Shown in pieces: positions 1 to 13,880 of a stretch of DNA of 64,000 nucleotides. This stretch comes from Lama guanicoe (taxonomy: Eukaryota). The translations under genes were made by a program, and so were the position numbers. The stretch is taken from the NCBI GenBank assembly GCA_013239625.1, contig MU054391.1, positions 8,651,095 to 8,715,094 on the forward strand, read 5' to 3'. The notes under the pieces were generated by a model that was given only the letters and a program-made list of their open reading frames with translations, made no database searches and was not told the origin of the DNA. Position 1 is the stretch's first letter; each line of letters begins with the position of its first letter.

Positions 1-1224
1 CCTTTGGGAAGGAGATGCAAAGATGGAGGGGAAATTCCTTTATCTCCCTTATAGGTAGGTAATTGTTCGTGGCAATCCCCCGTATTTTCTTATTCTGTTA
101 CTCTGTAGAGTTAAACAATCAGTTCAGTTGTCAGTGAGAACTATTAATAACTCTCTAGAAGGAGGAACTCATAAAAGAATCAGAACACTTTACCTTTTTA
201 AGTTCACATTTTAAACCTTACAGTTGACCCTTTGTAACCTCCTAGGATTAATGACATACTAAGGCTCATGGTTTCTTATAATTATCTGTTTAATGTTGTC
301 TCCGGAAATCACCTCAATGTGTAGGACTATTATTCCAGTTACATTTTCCCCAAAGCCAATTCACACATTGAGATACGGACCCTCTTCTTTCCCATTTTTT
401 ACCTTAATGTTATCCAACTCAGTGGTTGTACCAAAACATGCTCATCGAACAATAATTAAGCAAGAATTTAGTTAATCCAAAACCTAGAATATCCTGCAAT
501 ATAAAATATCTTCCAATTATCTCCCAGATATTAAAATATAAACTGCACCCCATGCACTCTCAATTTGTTTATGTGTTCCCATGTGAAAAGTTTGAGTCCC
601 TCAAAGTTTAAAGCATAGTTTTTTATTGTTTTTTTTGTTTTATTCTGGTCAGTCTTAGCCAGAATAGTCTTAGAATTCTGGTTGGATACATAGGAGGATG
701 TAAATTATGTAGCCTTCTAGAGCCTCTCAATTTTATGTCTGCATTAAGTCTTATCTCTGTAGGTCTCTGTAGTAGTGTGAAGTCGGAAATCAGATAGAAG
801 CAGAGATAATGAAAGAAATTTGCAAAGCTTGACACCAATGTAATCAAAATGTCTATGAAAACTGCTAAATAGTTGTTATTGACAGCTGTAACAATTCTTC
901 CCATCTGCAAAATCGAATTCACTGTTAGCAAAGCTCTTTCACATGTGCATGAATCTTTGAGGTTAGATAAAATGGGTTGTTATGACTACTTCATGCCAGG
1001 AAAAATCTGAGAGCACAAGATGGCAAATGTGTGCCAGAGGAAATAAAAGGCAGTTCAGATGAGTTCAAAATTCAAAACAAAGGCCACTGCGCATTCCTCA
1101 AGACTAATAACAAAACAGGTCTGCTCCACAAAGGGTCTAGTTCCTTGTGAGTAAAACTGTCCAATGGAAATGGGCAACACAACACAGCACAGCGGGAAGT
1201 GTGGTGGCCCTGGCTATACAGATC

Positions 1225-1770
1225 TGGGTCCTTATTACTGCATGACAACCACACCAAACTTAGCGACGTATTCAAACAACCACCATTCTATTATGCTACA
1301 GATTCTGTGGGGCAGCCATTTGGAAAGGGCACAGACAGAATGGCTTGTCTCTGCTTCGTCACTTCTGAGCATCTCCTGGGAAGGCTAGGGTGACTTAATG
1401 TCAGGGCCTGGCTTACCTGACGGTTCCCTCTCTTATAGGTCTAATCATTGATGCCAGCTTCAATTGAGACGGTTGGCGGGATCTCTTCTCGTAGCTGCTT
1501 GGCGTTGCTTACCACGTGATTGCTGGATCCCAAGGGTGAGTGATCCAACAGAACACGTTGGAAGTGTATGGCACTCTTATGGTCCAAACTCAGACATCAT
1601 GTACCATTAATTCTCCTGTTTTATGTTAGTTGAGACACTCACAAGACTCTGCCTAGTTTCAAGGGTAGGGGACATAGACTCCATATTTTTAGGCCCCATT
1701 ATTTGATGAAAAAAAAGTGTCAAGGTCACAGCATAAGACAAGCATGTGGGATGGAGAATATCACTGTAGC
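1225..1770 (-). mobile_element. MaLR LTR, MLT1 family (old; subfamily uncertain)
   Basis: The motifs 'accacaccaaacttagcgac..aaacaaccaccattctattatgctacagattctgtggggcag..atttggaaagggcacag..gaatggcttgtctctgct' resemble reverse-strand MLT1 LTR consensus. Confidence 0.65.
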
Positions 1771-2219
1771 CACTTGGGAAATAAATTTTGCCATGATCCA
1801 TCTGTCTGTGTCACCATCCCCCTGGCCGTAACGTATGTCTTCACTATTTCTTTGCTTCTTCACATCTGTAAACGGTATTCTTCTCAGTGGATTCCTTTAG
1901 GTACCGATCGGTTCCTTTTTAGAAATTCTCTGTTTACAAACACTGTTCACCTCCCCTCCGACTTCTATACTGCTCTTTTCTTCAAATCATATACTATGAA
2001 ATGAGATAATTTTGCATTTGGATCTCATTGTTGAGAACTATTGAGAAATCTGATGGTGGAAGCCATGTTAGTGATTTTTACATTTATTCAAAAATTCACC
2101 GATACGTTGATTTTCCTCTGCCACACAGAGATTATAGATGATACAAAGAGTCACCATTTGTCATTGGTCTCATGGAGATCAAAAATCAGTGTAAAAGATG
2201 GCAAATAAACAGCAACATG

Positions 2220-3430
2220 AATTCACATATTCTTTCAAATGATATCTGTTGATCAACTTCTCTATGTCAGATGCCTTTCTAGTTAGTGGAAATCGAGGGA
2301 AAACAAGAGAGCCAAGGTTCTTATGTTATGGAACTTCATGCTAAGAAACAGCAAGGGAACAGGTAGAATTTTAGACTGAATGATCAGGAAGTCTCCTCTA
2401 AGGAGATGGCATTCAAACTGAGCTCTAGTTATAAAAAGTGTTAGGATTTTTACTAAGATGTGAAACTACAAGAGATGCATAAAGGGATAAATGTGATCTT
2501 TTTTATATATATATAATTAGATATCTGAATGAGAAGTGAATTAATTATAGGGAATGAATGCAGAAGCAAGGTTAGGAGGCTTTTGCAGGAGTTATAATAT
2601 AAAATGCTGACTGCTCTAAGCAGCATGGGCACAGTGAGATTGAAATGATGTGATTTACTTCTACTTGGCATATATTTTGGAAATAAAGTTGGTAGGATTT
2701 CTTGATGGATTGCATGTGGATGAATGAATGAGAAGAAACTAATTTTTTGGCTGGAGAAGTTGGATCAAAGGAGAAGCTATTCAAGAAAGAAGGAGAGAAC
2801 AACATGAAGATGCATGTATGTACGTTTGGCCTAATTGGGAAATAGTGAGGCTGGGAAAAAAATTTATGAACCATAGACTGAATGAGATCACTTACTGATA
2901 ATTTGTAGATAAAAAAGGAAGGGAGATCTATACTATGTCCTAAAATTTCCTAATATTTGGAATTTATGCAGGGAGGAAAACCAGGAATATATATTTTTAA
3001 TCTAATGCAGAATGGCCAGTGAAGTCAGGGGAAATCAGATCGCTATTCAATCAAAAAGCCAAGAAGAAATGGTCAATTTGTCAAATTCTTCTGTGAAGTC
3101 AAGTCAAGGATCAGTGACTATTGGGTATGTCCACAAGCAGGTCACTGACAATCATGGTAAGAAAAGAAGCTGCACAGTGATGGGGACCCAGTGGAGGAAA
3201 GAACATGAGAGGGAAGGATGTGGGGACATCTAGAGGCACGTTGTTCGTTATTGTTTCCCTATACATAAGTAAAGAATATATTCATGTCAGTCAAATGAGG
3301 ATTGATTTTTACATCTGTGCATAAGATGTTAAGAGGGATCCAATAAAGAGAGAAACTGATGACTCAGGAAAGAGATGGGACGATTGCACTTCTATCATTG
3401 CCCCAATGAAGGTGAGCACGTGACATCTAA
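2220..3430 (-). mobile_element. L2 LINE fragments
   Basis: A decayed reversed L2 tail ('attcacatattctttcaaatgatatctgttgatcaacttctctatgtcagatgc') is followed by purine-rich L2-like body. Confidence 0.6.
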
Positions 3431-4339
3431 GAAGTACCTTGATAAATAAATATAAATTATCTAGACTTCTAAGGCAACATGGTTAATATCAAATGCAAAA
3501 CTTTCATGCAAAATTTAGTTAACAAAACTTTATCTGAGATAGTGCAGATCAATGGATCCAATAATGTCCTACACACTAAAACCAACACAGATGTTTCTTA
3601 TCTTCCAAAATGTACCTGCTTTTTATTTATCTTTCATTAATTGCTGCCCAAACTTTTTGTTGTGAAATATTCATGTTTTTGTTTTTAATGATGCCAGATA
3701 TTAACAATGACTTAACATTGGAATACATAGGTTGATTTTCTAATCTCATTCAAGTTCACTGAAGCACAAAAAAACCATTTTCTTACTTATGGGTTCGCTT
3801 GCTGAAATGTGTTATGTTTCATGCTCCTTCACAGCAGATGATACTAATAATAGTATTTCACTCACCAGGAACCAAACCAGCTCTGAAACTGTGCCTTGGC
3901 ATTCCCTTTTTCATAAGCCTCTACAACACGAGCCACATTCTTAAGTTTTGCTGATGTCTGAAAATATACTGTCCCATCACCGAGGTCAGAGCAAAAGGTG
4001 ACAAGAACAACTAGTCACTTATAATCGGCCCCAAATGCCAAGAGATCCACCTGCGTCATGTCTAGACAGAGCAACCAAATCCACATCCAAACATAAATTT
4101 GAATAAACTCCTTTAAAAATAGAGGTTCCGAGGGATGAGATATTTATTTCAATCCACCTCACTCAGAGAATACCACAATTAATAATGATGTCAGGAGATC
4201 CGTTCAGTGTTCAGTATAGTGTCACACGAGGCACAGAGAAACAACAGAGTACATGAAATTTAGAAGTTTGTGATATTCTAGTAACTCTAAAGAGAACACA
4301 GTATCTTTATTCTAACAGCTTTCTAGATTTTCATTTATG

Positions 4340-4393
4340 GGTTTATTTTTGTTTTGTTTTGTCTTTTGTTATTTATGTATGTATGTATGTATG

Positions 4394-4424
<31 letters not shown>

Positions 4425-5219
4425 GTAGAGTCAGTTACAGTGTTTCTGGTGAACAGCATGATGTCCCAGTCATGCATGTACATATATATATTTGTTTTCA
4501 TATTTTTTTCATTAAAGGTTATTACAAGATATTGAACATAGTTCTCTGTGCTATACAGCAGAAACTTTTTAAAATCTACTTTTATATATAGTGGCTAACA
4601 TTTGTAAGTCTCAAACTCCCAAATTTATCCCATCCCAGCCCCTTTCTCCAGTAACCATAAGATTGTTTACTATGTCTGTGAGTCCATTTCTGTTTTGTAG
4701 ATGAGTTCACAGTGTCCCTTTTTTCTTTCTTTTTCTTTTTTTTTTTTTTAGATTCCACATATGAGTGATATATGGTATTTTTCTTTCTCTTTCTGGCTTA
4801 CTTCACTTAGAATGATGATCTCTAGGTCCATCCATGTCGCTGCACATGGCATTATTTTCTTCTTTTTATGGCTGAGTAGTATTCTATTGTATAAATATAC
4901 CACAACTTCTTTATCCAGTCCTCTGTCAGTGGCAATTTAGGTTGCCTCCATGTCTTGGCTATTGTATATAGTGTTTCTGTGAACACTGGGGTGCGTGTAT
5001 CTTTTCAAATTAGAGTTCTCTCTGGATGCATGCCCAGGAGTGGGATTGCTGGATCACCTGATAAGTCTATTCTTAGTCTTTTGAAGAATCTCCATACTGT
5101 TTTCCGTAATGGCTGCACCAAACTACATTTCCACCAGCAGTGTAGGTGGATTCCCTTTTCTCCACACCCTACCCAGCATTTTATCATTCATGGACTTTTG
5201 AATCATGGCCATTCTGGTG
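4340..5219 (-). mobile_element. Relatively young, 5'-truncated artiodactyl/camelid L1 (ORF2 C-terminus, 3'UTR and tail)
   Basis: ORF 5005..5187(-), [50 protein letters not shown], is the L1 ORF2p Cys-rich C-terminus. The 3'UTR is shared with the copies at ~35140 and ~58790. The T-rich tail lies on the left. Confidence 0.92.
4374..4421. repeat. (TATG)12 microsatellite in the L1 tail
   Basis: Read directly from the sequence. Confidence 0.97.
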
Positions 5220-5630
5220 ATACCTTTGTTTTATTTATACAAATTCCTTTTTAATCTACCTAGAATTTACTATGGAGAATATCCTGACTTGATCCCCTAC
5301 ACAGACACCCACAGTGGATACTCAACTAACCCAAAGCCATTTGTTCAATAATTTATTTTTCACTACTCAGTTGAAATACTTATTCAGACAAAGTATGTTA
5401 CTATTTTATACATCAGGTCTTACATATGTATAAGCTCAGTTTTCTAATCTTTTATTTCATTGACTTGTTGGTCAAATCTGTATCATATCCTACTCACCTA
5501 ATTAATAGCATTTTGGTATATAATATGTAGTAAGGCAAAGCCACTATCCTATCCTTTCTTAGAATTACTTTGACCATTCTTGCACATTTATGATTCTTCA
5601 TGAATTTTAATATCAGCTTCCTAAGATCTA
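5220..5630 (-). mobile_element. Old L1M (L1ME-like) ORF2 fragment
   Basis: 'ttactttgaccattcttgcacatttatgattcttcatgaattttaatatcagcttcc'. ORF 5494..5730(-) contains LILKFMKNHKCARMVKVILRK, which is ORF2p-like. Confidence 0.7.
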
Positions 5631-6044
5631 TACATATTTGACTTCTTGGGCAGAATGGAGGGCTTAATAAACTGCCCCCACTTTTGGAATAAAGAAAATA
5701 CTTCAAATGTGTGGTCAATTTGATAAACATTCTTTAAATCATTACTTTGTATCTGACATACTGTTAGACATAGGGGCTAAAAAATTAATGAGAAAGCATT
5801 CTTGCCCACCTAAGACTTTAATGTAAAGAGGAAGGTGCAGGAACATAAAATGTTGATTGCATTTTCTGTAGCTACTTCCTGGGTAGCATTTTCTATTATT
5901 CCCTGCAGTGCGGACCACAGCTATTCTTACACTCATGAGAGCTGTGTTTTGCTGTTTAACTCTTTCTTATGGAAATATATTTCATGCTAAACTTTCACAA
6001 GCACTGTTTTTTTTTTAATGCTTTGTGTGCCTTCCATTTCTTAC

Positions 6045-6086
6045 CTCCTGTAGTTGGATGTGGAAGTGGTCCATTCCCTCCAGGAT
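6045..6086 (-). other. Candidate 42-nt exon (unassigned gene)
   Basis: Minus strand reads cttgtctccctgtctctacatcatcag|ATCCTGG...ACAGGAG|gtaaga. All three frames are open. Confidence 0.22.
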
Positions 6087-6164
6087 CTGATGATGTAGAG
6101 ACAGGGAGACAAGTACAGTATAGTTCAGTAAATCCCATGAATGAGGAGTACCACATGCAGTGAG

Positions 6165-6425
6165 CATCACAGTGTGGGTGGAAAACCGCAATGTGGAGAT
6201 CAAGGACTTCCTCTCAGACAGCTCGATCTGAGCCCTCACTCTCCCGTGTACCACTGTGGAGACTTGATGATATGACTTACATTCCTTGAGTTTCAGCTTT
6301 CTGATCTGTAAAATGAGGGTAACAATAGAACCTTCCACATATAGTGAGAGGATCCTTGCCAATCCTTAGAACAGCCACAGAATAAGGGCTCAAAGAATGA
6401 TAACTGCTATTATTATCATTATTAA
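6165..6425 (+). mobile_element. MIR SINE
   Basis: MIR core 'gagtttcagctttctgatctgtaaaatgagggtaacaatagaacc'. Confidence 0.75.
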
Positions 6426-8159
6426 TGGTCAGGGAAAATTTTTAAAGGGCATGAATGCTTCTTTAGAAGCCTTAGAAGGATGAAGAAAGAATATCTAAGG
6501 ATATAATTTTGTAAATCACATTGCTAGCCATTGGACTCAGTCCAATGTCAAAAGCCACCAAAATTCTAAGTGGTGGCTTTTTTGATGCACATTTTCATAA
6601 ACGAGGAAACAGGCCCAAAGGGGTTAAGAAACTTTCTCAAAAGTACTGTCCAGTAAGAAGCAAAAAATGAAAGCAAATGTTGCAGCTCTGAGTCCACATT
6701 GTACATCTGTTGCTGTAAATAGGGATGCCCGCTCCTTTGCCTGTTACCTGCTCATAATAAGGTATGAGTTGCTAGGGCTGTCGAGTCAGTGCACCTGCAG
6801 AAGCAGAATCTGAGCTTTTCTCTGCCCACTCATCTGAAACGCCTTGACCTGTTCTGATTGCGCACACTATACAAGCAGTAATGGAAGAGAAAGGGAGCAT
6901 GTTCACTTAGTTTTATTTTAAAGGGATGTTACAGTGAGTTAGCTTAGGGGAGGAATTTTGTCTTTCGACCAGTATAGTTCAAGAATTTTAATCTAGAAGT
7001 CTTTGTACGAACACTGTCTGGTTTCCAAGGAGTGAAACTAGAGTACAGTCACTTTCCTAGAAGGGTGTTTAGGGATAGCAAGAAAATGAAATGTCTATCT
7101 AACAGGAAGCACAGTTTGAATTATTGATGATCTGACACTCTTTTGTTTTTTGTTTTTTGTTTTTTTCAATGCTGAGTCACATGCAAATTTGGTGATGTTA
7201 AAAATCATATTATTCTAGAAAGGGGGTGAAAATTGAAATTCTGAGTTCATAATAATTGAATTTTAAACATTCCCTGATCTTTCTTTCCTTATCTGAAAGT
7301 TTCATGTTAATATCCTGTGGCCATCTGCAGTGTCTCTATGTAACAATCCATCAGTTTGATTTTAAATGTATTCTGTTCATGCCTCAAGCATAAAACATGC
7401 CTATCTACCGTGCCAGCTCAGAAAAAAATACTTGCTTTGGAAAAATCTAACTCGTTATTGTCCATTATTAGTGTACTGATAACCTCTGGCCATACACTTA
7501 AGCAAGTAAAGACCTTCAACTGCTTTTCTGGGAGGGCTTTATATGAGGGTAATTTTCACTTTTGTATATTATTACACTATTTTTATTAACTGGAAATTAC
7601 TCTGAAAACACCTGGAGGAATAAGCAGTTCCAAGATAAAGTGTTCATCTCCACAGCAAGAGAGCATAATTATTTGTTCATATGTCCACAATTTATAATTT
7701 GGTTTCATACCTGAACACAAATGTAACTTCATAAAAATTTATGTGCATTGTATTTGTACAATTATCAAGAGTTTAAAAGAAACTTGATATCTTACTTCAG
7801 TGAATTTTGAACTGTATGCATATCAGTATTTTATCATCATCTGCTTTAAATATTAACAGTAGGTTCAAAAAGAATGACCTCATACAGCCCGTTCTATGAC
7901 ATGTTGACCCAGCAAGTATATGCTCTTTCCCCAGAGACCTCTTTACCCAGATAATTAACCAGTTACAAGTTAAATGTGCTGCCAACAATTTTTTTAGTTT
8001 TTAAATAATACCTTTTTTCTTTGTATTTAGAATATCTTATTCACAACATTTGACAAGTTTAGTATTACAGAAATCTTTCAGAATCCAAACTCAACGTTAT
8101 AGAGATTTATATATAGAAATCTCTACATACACATATTTATTTAAAGCTGCTGATATTTT

Positions 8160-8822
8160 AAGTTTCAATGCATTTTGACAACAGTGCGTTTCCATTCTCC
8201 CACCCCACTTTTACTATATCCAACATGATATTTTAAATCATTTTGTTTTATGTATTCCTTAAATACTTATGGTGGGTATAGGAGATTTTACTATGTTTGT
8301 CTTTTAACCTTCCTGTTAGCTTTATTGTTGATTTCGCTGATTTTATTGTTTGTTTTTACCAATGAGATTTTTGTCTTTTATAATTTTTCATATTTCTGAT
8401 TGTAGCCTTTTTTTTTCACTTAGAAAAAAAGCCCCTTTAACATTTCTTATAAAGATGGTTTGGTGGGGCTGAACATTTTTAGCTCTTGCTTGTCTGTAAA
8501 ACATTTGATCTCTTCATTCAGTCTGAATGATGCCTTGCCAGGTGGACTATTCTTGGGTGCAGGTTTTCCCCTTTCATCACTTTAAATAAATTACGGCGCT
8601 CCCTTCTGGCTTGCAGAGTTTCTGCTGAAGAGTCAGCTGAGAGCTTCACAGGAGTTCTGTTGTGTATAAGTTGTTGCTTTTCCCTTGATGCTTGCAATAG
8701 TCTCTCTTTATCTACAAATTTTACTATTTTTATTGCAGAGTGTCTTGGTGTGATCGTCTTTGGTACTGTCTGTGCTTCCCGGATCTCTTTATCTGTTTCC
8801 TTCTTCAGGTTTGGGAAGTTTC
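8160..8822 (-). mobile_element. L1M fragment (ORF1 / inter-ORF region)
   Basis: 'ctcccttctggcttgcagagtttctgctgaagagtcagctga' and 'ttccttcttcaggtttgggaagttt' are typical antisense L1 ORF1 sequence. Confidence 0.8.
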
Positions 8823-9014
8823 AAGAAGTATTGTCTTACAAGTTACTCTTGCATCTCAACCAAATGAAAGATCCTGAAAATAAACTTGTCTGAGGAAACT
8901 CAGCAACAGAATTAGAGCATCAACTCAAGTGAGATTTTCAATGATTTACATTTTAAATGTGAGTTGGTCTACTGTTGCCTAGATTTCACTCTCGTAAAAT
9001 ACAATTTCCCTCTG

Positions 9015-9450
9015 CATGGAACCAGGACTCCTGTTCGGGATACGATAAACCCAGAACATCTTGTCATTCCAGAAGCTATCAGAGTAGAAAGGTCATGTCA
9101 AAAAGACTCAGGAGCCAATTCAAGGAAACTTCTTGTGAACCAGAAGATTTTTTAAAAAGTGAGGAGCTAACAAAATGAAATAGAATACATGGAATTTAAA
9201 ATAGAGGACTCCATAATAACAGTAAAAAAAAAAAAGCATATTAGGCACGTAACTTATTTTTAAAAATATAACAGATATATAACGCCTTTGCCAGCAGGGT
9301 AACCAAATAAACGATTTCAGAATTTCTTGTGTATAGAAACATTATAGCTGAGAGTGAGGAAGAGATGATGGCATATTAACAGTTTTCAACCTGCAATGGG
9401 CTAATGAATCTAGACAATGATCATCAGTGGTTACTAACTTCACAGAACAT
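9015..9450 (+). mobile_element. L1MC/L1MD-type 3'UTR fragment
   Basis: 'ccagaacatcttgtcattccagaa..ggtcatgtcaaaagactcaggagccaa' and 'aatgaatctagacaatgatcatcagtggttactaac'. Confidence 0.6.
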
Positions 9451-12400
9451 TCTGGAGAAACTTAAGATCTTTCTGCATGTCAGTACTTTACGTTCTAGGT
9501 TTACCATGCAAATCATGAAAGAAATTGCGCCTAAGTTATGTATGCGGAGTACTTCCTAGGAGTTTGTTGTTCTTGTTTAAATATATCAGCACCATTGATC
9601 TGTTTTCTCTTCCTTTCTCCCACCGGCCTTCTGCTTATAAACACAGAATTTTTATATCTTCGTGAATAGATCAGAAACACCCAAAGAACTGCAACCTAAT
9701 TGTAATTTCTAGTTTCTACAGCAGCTCTTCTATCTGTTACAAAGTTTGTATCTCTGCTGGACTGGTATGGTTCACACTCACCATAGCTTCATCTCTGAAC
9801 AGTGCAGCAGCCGCCTGACTGTTCTTTTATCTACTCCGTCCCTGGATTTGACTTCCTAAGTCACTGGGACAATTACATTTCTTCATTTTGCAGAAATATC
9901 ACAAGTTTTTGTCCATAGAATTCACCTGGACTTAATCATTTCTACACAAAGTTACATCCCTCGTTGTAATGTACAATCTCAGTAGAGTCACCTATGCCAT
10001 GGCTTGCCAAGTCTCATGTGATTGCATATGCTATTCCATAAGCCTGGCCCACTCTTACATCTAGTTGTATCTTATAGTAGATTTCAACTTATTAAAACAA
10101 TTCATGTGTGTGCACATGAACTAGTGCCTAAAATTGTAAAAAACTGGATACTGGCAACCAGAAAGTGTTTATTAATGGGCTTAAAGTCTGTTTCTGCTCC
10201 AGTTCATGTGTCTGTAATGCAAATGGCTCATATCCAATTAGTATACAGAGGACTGATGTCCATATAATACAGAAGTCAAGTTGATTTATTCACAATTTTT
10301 TCCATTAGTGTCATTATGTTCCAAGTTAGAGCAGCTAAAAGCAACCTACACAGAGACAGCTGAACACACACCACAGAGGAATGGATTATTGTGTGTGATG
10401 TTTATTCAGCTCATTTTTTTTTTTTTTGTCCTTGGCTCAGTTTGGGCCCATGTCCTGTTCCATCTTGCAAATTCTTTCCACATAGTTCTCCCTATTCTCT
10501 GTGTGTTTTATCCTCGTCTTTATAATTTAGCTGCTTCAAACCTGTTTACATCCCTCTGGCACTGAGAGCATTAACCTTTATTTTAGTGATAAATTCCAAG
10601 ATATTTTCTACCTCTTTTTTCATTTTGTACAATTTTTAATTTTTTCTACTGTGTTGGTGTTGATGTTATATTGATATCACACTGTATTTTTCATGAAGAT
10701 ATATTCGTTTTGAGTATTTTGTCCAAAACTCTATTTCTCCCATAGTCCTGTTTTTTCTCTTTTCCTAAAAACAAAGCTATTCAAGAATGCATGTATCATG
10801 TTGTTATACTCAGTTCAATAACATTAAAGAGGAAACTGATAAATATTCAGAAGAGGTTGCTTCAGTTTCCCTCCTTCCTCTCTTGAGGATCTGACGTGCC
10901 TACAATGTCCCTTAGCTTTTAACAAAAAGGAACCTTGCTTTCCGCCAGTCTGTTTTGTTTCAGTCTCATTCAACATTCCTAACTTTGAGTTTCCCAATCT
11001 TTAATTTGGCTCCGACTTTCACTTTATCACCTGTTCCTCTCCCATTGCTCGAATCATTGCCAGTGTTCTAAAAATAATTACTTTGTAATCTGTGATTATT
11101 AGAACGGATCATTGTGTGGCCTTACTATAACATGAGTTTTGAGTAGTTTCAAGTACATCTTACAAACAAGCCATCTTTATAGGATTCTCTTAATAATATC
11201 TCACAAATAATGTTAAGTCCGTTAAGAGCAAAGTGGTGGATAGTTCATAGTTTAATGGATAAAGCTCCCCCTGTGTGCTGTGACTCTGACGATGTTGGTC
11301 TTGGCCTGTCTTGACTGACGCATCTGAGGTTCTAAAGGCCAACGCTTGTCGACTCTGCTCTTCCCAGTCTGCCGCCAGTGAGAACTCAATGATCAGGATG
11401 TAAAGGGTGAGATCTGGACATGGCCTCCTTCAGCCTCCCCAGGGCGAGTGCATGAAGCTATCTGAGCCCTGAGAGTCTCCACCCACAGCCTCCGGACCTC
11501 CCTCTCCCTCACTCCACACAACATGGCCTCATCAGTTCTCCGTCTGAATTTCAAATTTTACTCCAGTTCCTCATTGAATCTGGATGCCGCTGTAAGCTCC
11601 AGCCAGGTAAACTGGGAACTTCATTCTCTCAGTTACTTTTAAACAATTCCTCTTCCATGGGCTCAGTCTGGAATTTTTTCCCTGTAACTGCATCTTGTTC
11701 CACATTTCTGTGCTTGAACTCTGAGTCAGCCACCCACATGGAGGAGAATTCGCTTTCTAAGAGCCCGGGACCCATGTGGCCTCTTCCTCCTTCATGACTC
11801 TGAACAGAGGAGGACAGAAGCATCAGACTTGCCATGACTCTGAACTTGGCGGTTTCAACTCCTGACTTCTCCGTTGATTGGCCAGTCTTCCTTCCTCGTA
11901 AGTTCGGTTACTATTCCCCTGGGTATCCCTGGCTTTCTACTTCCAGTCAGAATTTCCTAATGTGCTTTTGTAAGCGGAGGAGGGGTTAAGAAGACCTTTG
12001 CTACTCTAACAAACCAACCATCACCTCTCAAACCTGCAAGTTGTGTATACCTATATTTTTTGTTTACAAAACACCTACCTCTTAGAGAAGCTGGAAAATG
12101 CACACTGGCTATATGACCATAAAAAATTAAAGGAAACTATATAAAAGTACTATTGATCAGCAAGCAACCTCAGCTTGTCACACAAAATAATATACAGGAC
12201 ACTATATACCATGTGCGCCTCACCTAAAACCATTAAAACCACAGCATATACTTTAAATTTCACTTGAATCATGAGAGACACTGAAAGTAGCTAACACAAG
12301 TCTTTAGAAGAAGGACCAGGTGAAACACACACACCAGGCACAGTAATCATGCATCATGTCTGGGATTTTATACTTAGGAAATTTAAAATGGTAAAACGAC

Positions 12401-13199
12401 CCGGAACCTGAACAAATCCAAACAATTTCCAGAGTTCCTATTTTAACACTACCTGTTTGAGTGACATTGTGGGAAAATGCAGAAATGATTGACAGTGGAG
12501 GCATGGTTCAGAGGTCTTGGATTCTAATGGAGAGATCAATATGTAAATAATGGAATCTATTATGAAGACTAGAGGAAATAATGTTGAGAGAGAATAAATT
12601 AAAATAGATGTGGCAGGATCTTTGACTTCTGCTGGGATCTAACTAACCTAATCTGATTGCCTGACTCCTGGTCCACACCGCGGTGATTTTCTCCGGCATT
12701 GTCAATATGACACTTTCAAGGGTCACATTCCAGTAATGAACCTCTCTTCCATTTGCTGACACACTTATTGGCATGCAAATGTCAACATCACTAACCCCTT
12801 CCTTAATCTTCCATTCAAATTCAGAAGTTAAATTGCCTGTCCCCTCCAGGGTCAAACTCGCATACCTTGGAGATGAGCAATGCTATTAAACTCCTGAAAA
12901 TAGCAAATGGATAAACAAAGAAACAGAAATGGTTCCCAGGGAAACGCACAATGCACTATTGTCTATTTGATGTGTGGTGGGTAGTTCGTTCTCATCTCCT
13001 TCTGTCTGTCCCATCAGCCCACCGGGGAGAAAGTCTCTCTAGCTCCTTTCTCTACGCTGGTCCCTCATGTCAGACAGCCCATAGCATCTTTCCATGATTC
13101 ATCGGGAGTTACGTCTGTGTAAGGTTTTGCTTTATATCATTTGCAGAATATTTTTTATGAATTGTAAGCTTATCAGATTAATCATGGCGTAAAAGTCTC

Positions 13200-13635
13200 C
13201 ACAAACTTCCTTCCGTTTTTCCTCCAGCTTCATGCCCCACTATTTCTAACTTCCTGTACACATATACTTGGTTCTTTGTCACACTGGGCTCCTGGCAGTT
13301 CCCTGTTCCCTTTGCTCTGTGGATACTGCTCTGTGTACCTAGAAGAGCTACCTTACTTCACTCGTCTTGAATATTTGTTCTCCTCATTCAAGTCTCAGCT
13401 CAAGCTCCCTTTCCCTCACGTAGTCTGACTTCATTTCACCCTTTTGTATGCTTCCACTGAATCGGGAGCGCTCAGTGCAGGCTTGGACGTCTTTCTGTAC
13501 CTATAACTATTCACTAGTCCATGGGCTCTTTGAAAGCAGGAACTGTATGTCTTTTTTTTTTTTTTTTTAACATTTTTAATGCCTGACACAAGAGGAACCC
13601 AGTAAGTTCCTGGTGCATAAATCAAAGAATCAATC
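13200..13635 (+). mobile_element. L2 3' end
   Basis: 'cattcaagtctcagctcaag..ctctttgaaagcaggaactgtatgtc..tgcctgacac'. Confidence 0.6.
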
Positions 13636-13687
13636 CAAGACTCTGTGCCTCAGTTGAGGGAGACAAGCTGTACACACAAAAATGAAT

Positions 13688-13880
13688 CTTTCATTTGTTT
13701 ATTCCTATATTTATTTAGTACCTTTCTCCCTAAGCCAAATGTTGTACTTGGCGGGAAGAACACAAGGATGAGTAACACATGGCGCTTGACTTGGAGGAGC
13801 TCGCGGTCTGGAGGAGCAGGCGTGTGAATACCTCATCGCAGTGAGGCCAGGACATTACCGATCACAACACGCGCCACTGT
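13688..13880 (-). mobile_element. L2 3' end (reverse)
   Basis: 'ttcatttgtttattcctatatttatttagtacc..cttgacttggaggagctcgcggtct'. Confidence 0.55.

Noticed and set aside
403..494. Minus-strand exon-like segment (ttgcag|GATATT...TAAG|gtaaaa)
   Set aside because: All three frames contain stops and the donor is weak, so there is no support as a coding exon.
6550..6583. Hairpin aaaagccacca-N10-tggtggctttt resembling a rho-independent terminator
   Set aside because: This is mammalian DNA, and an isolated 11-bp stem is plausible by chance.
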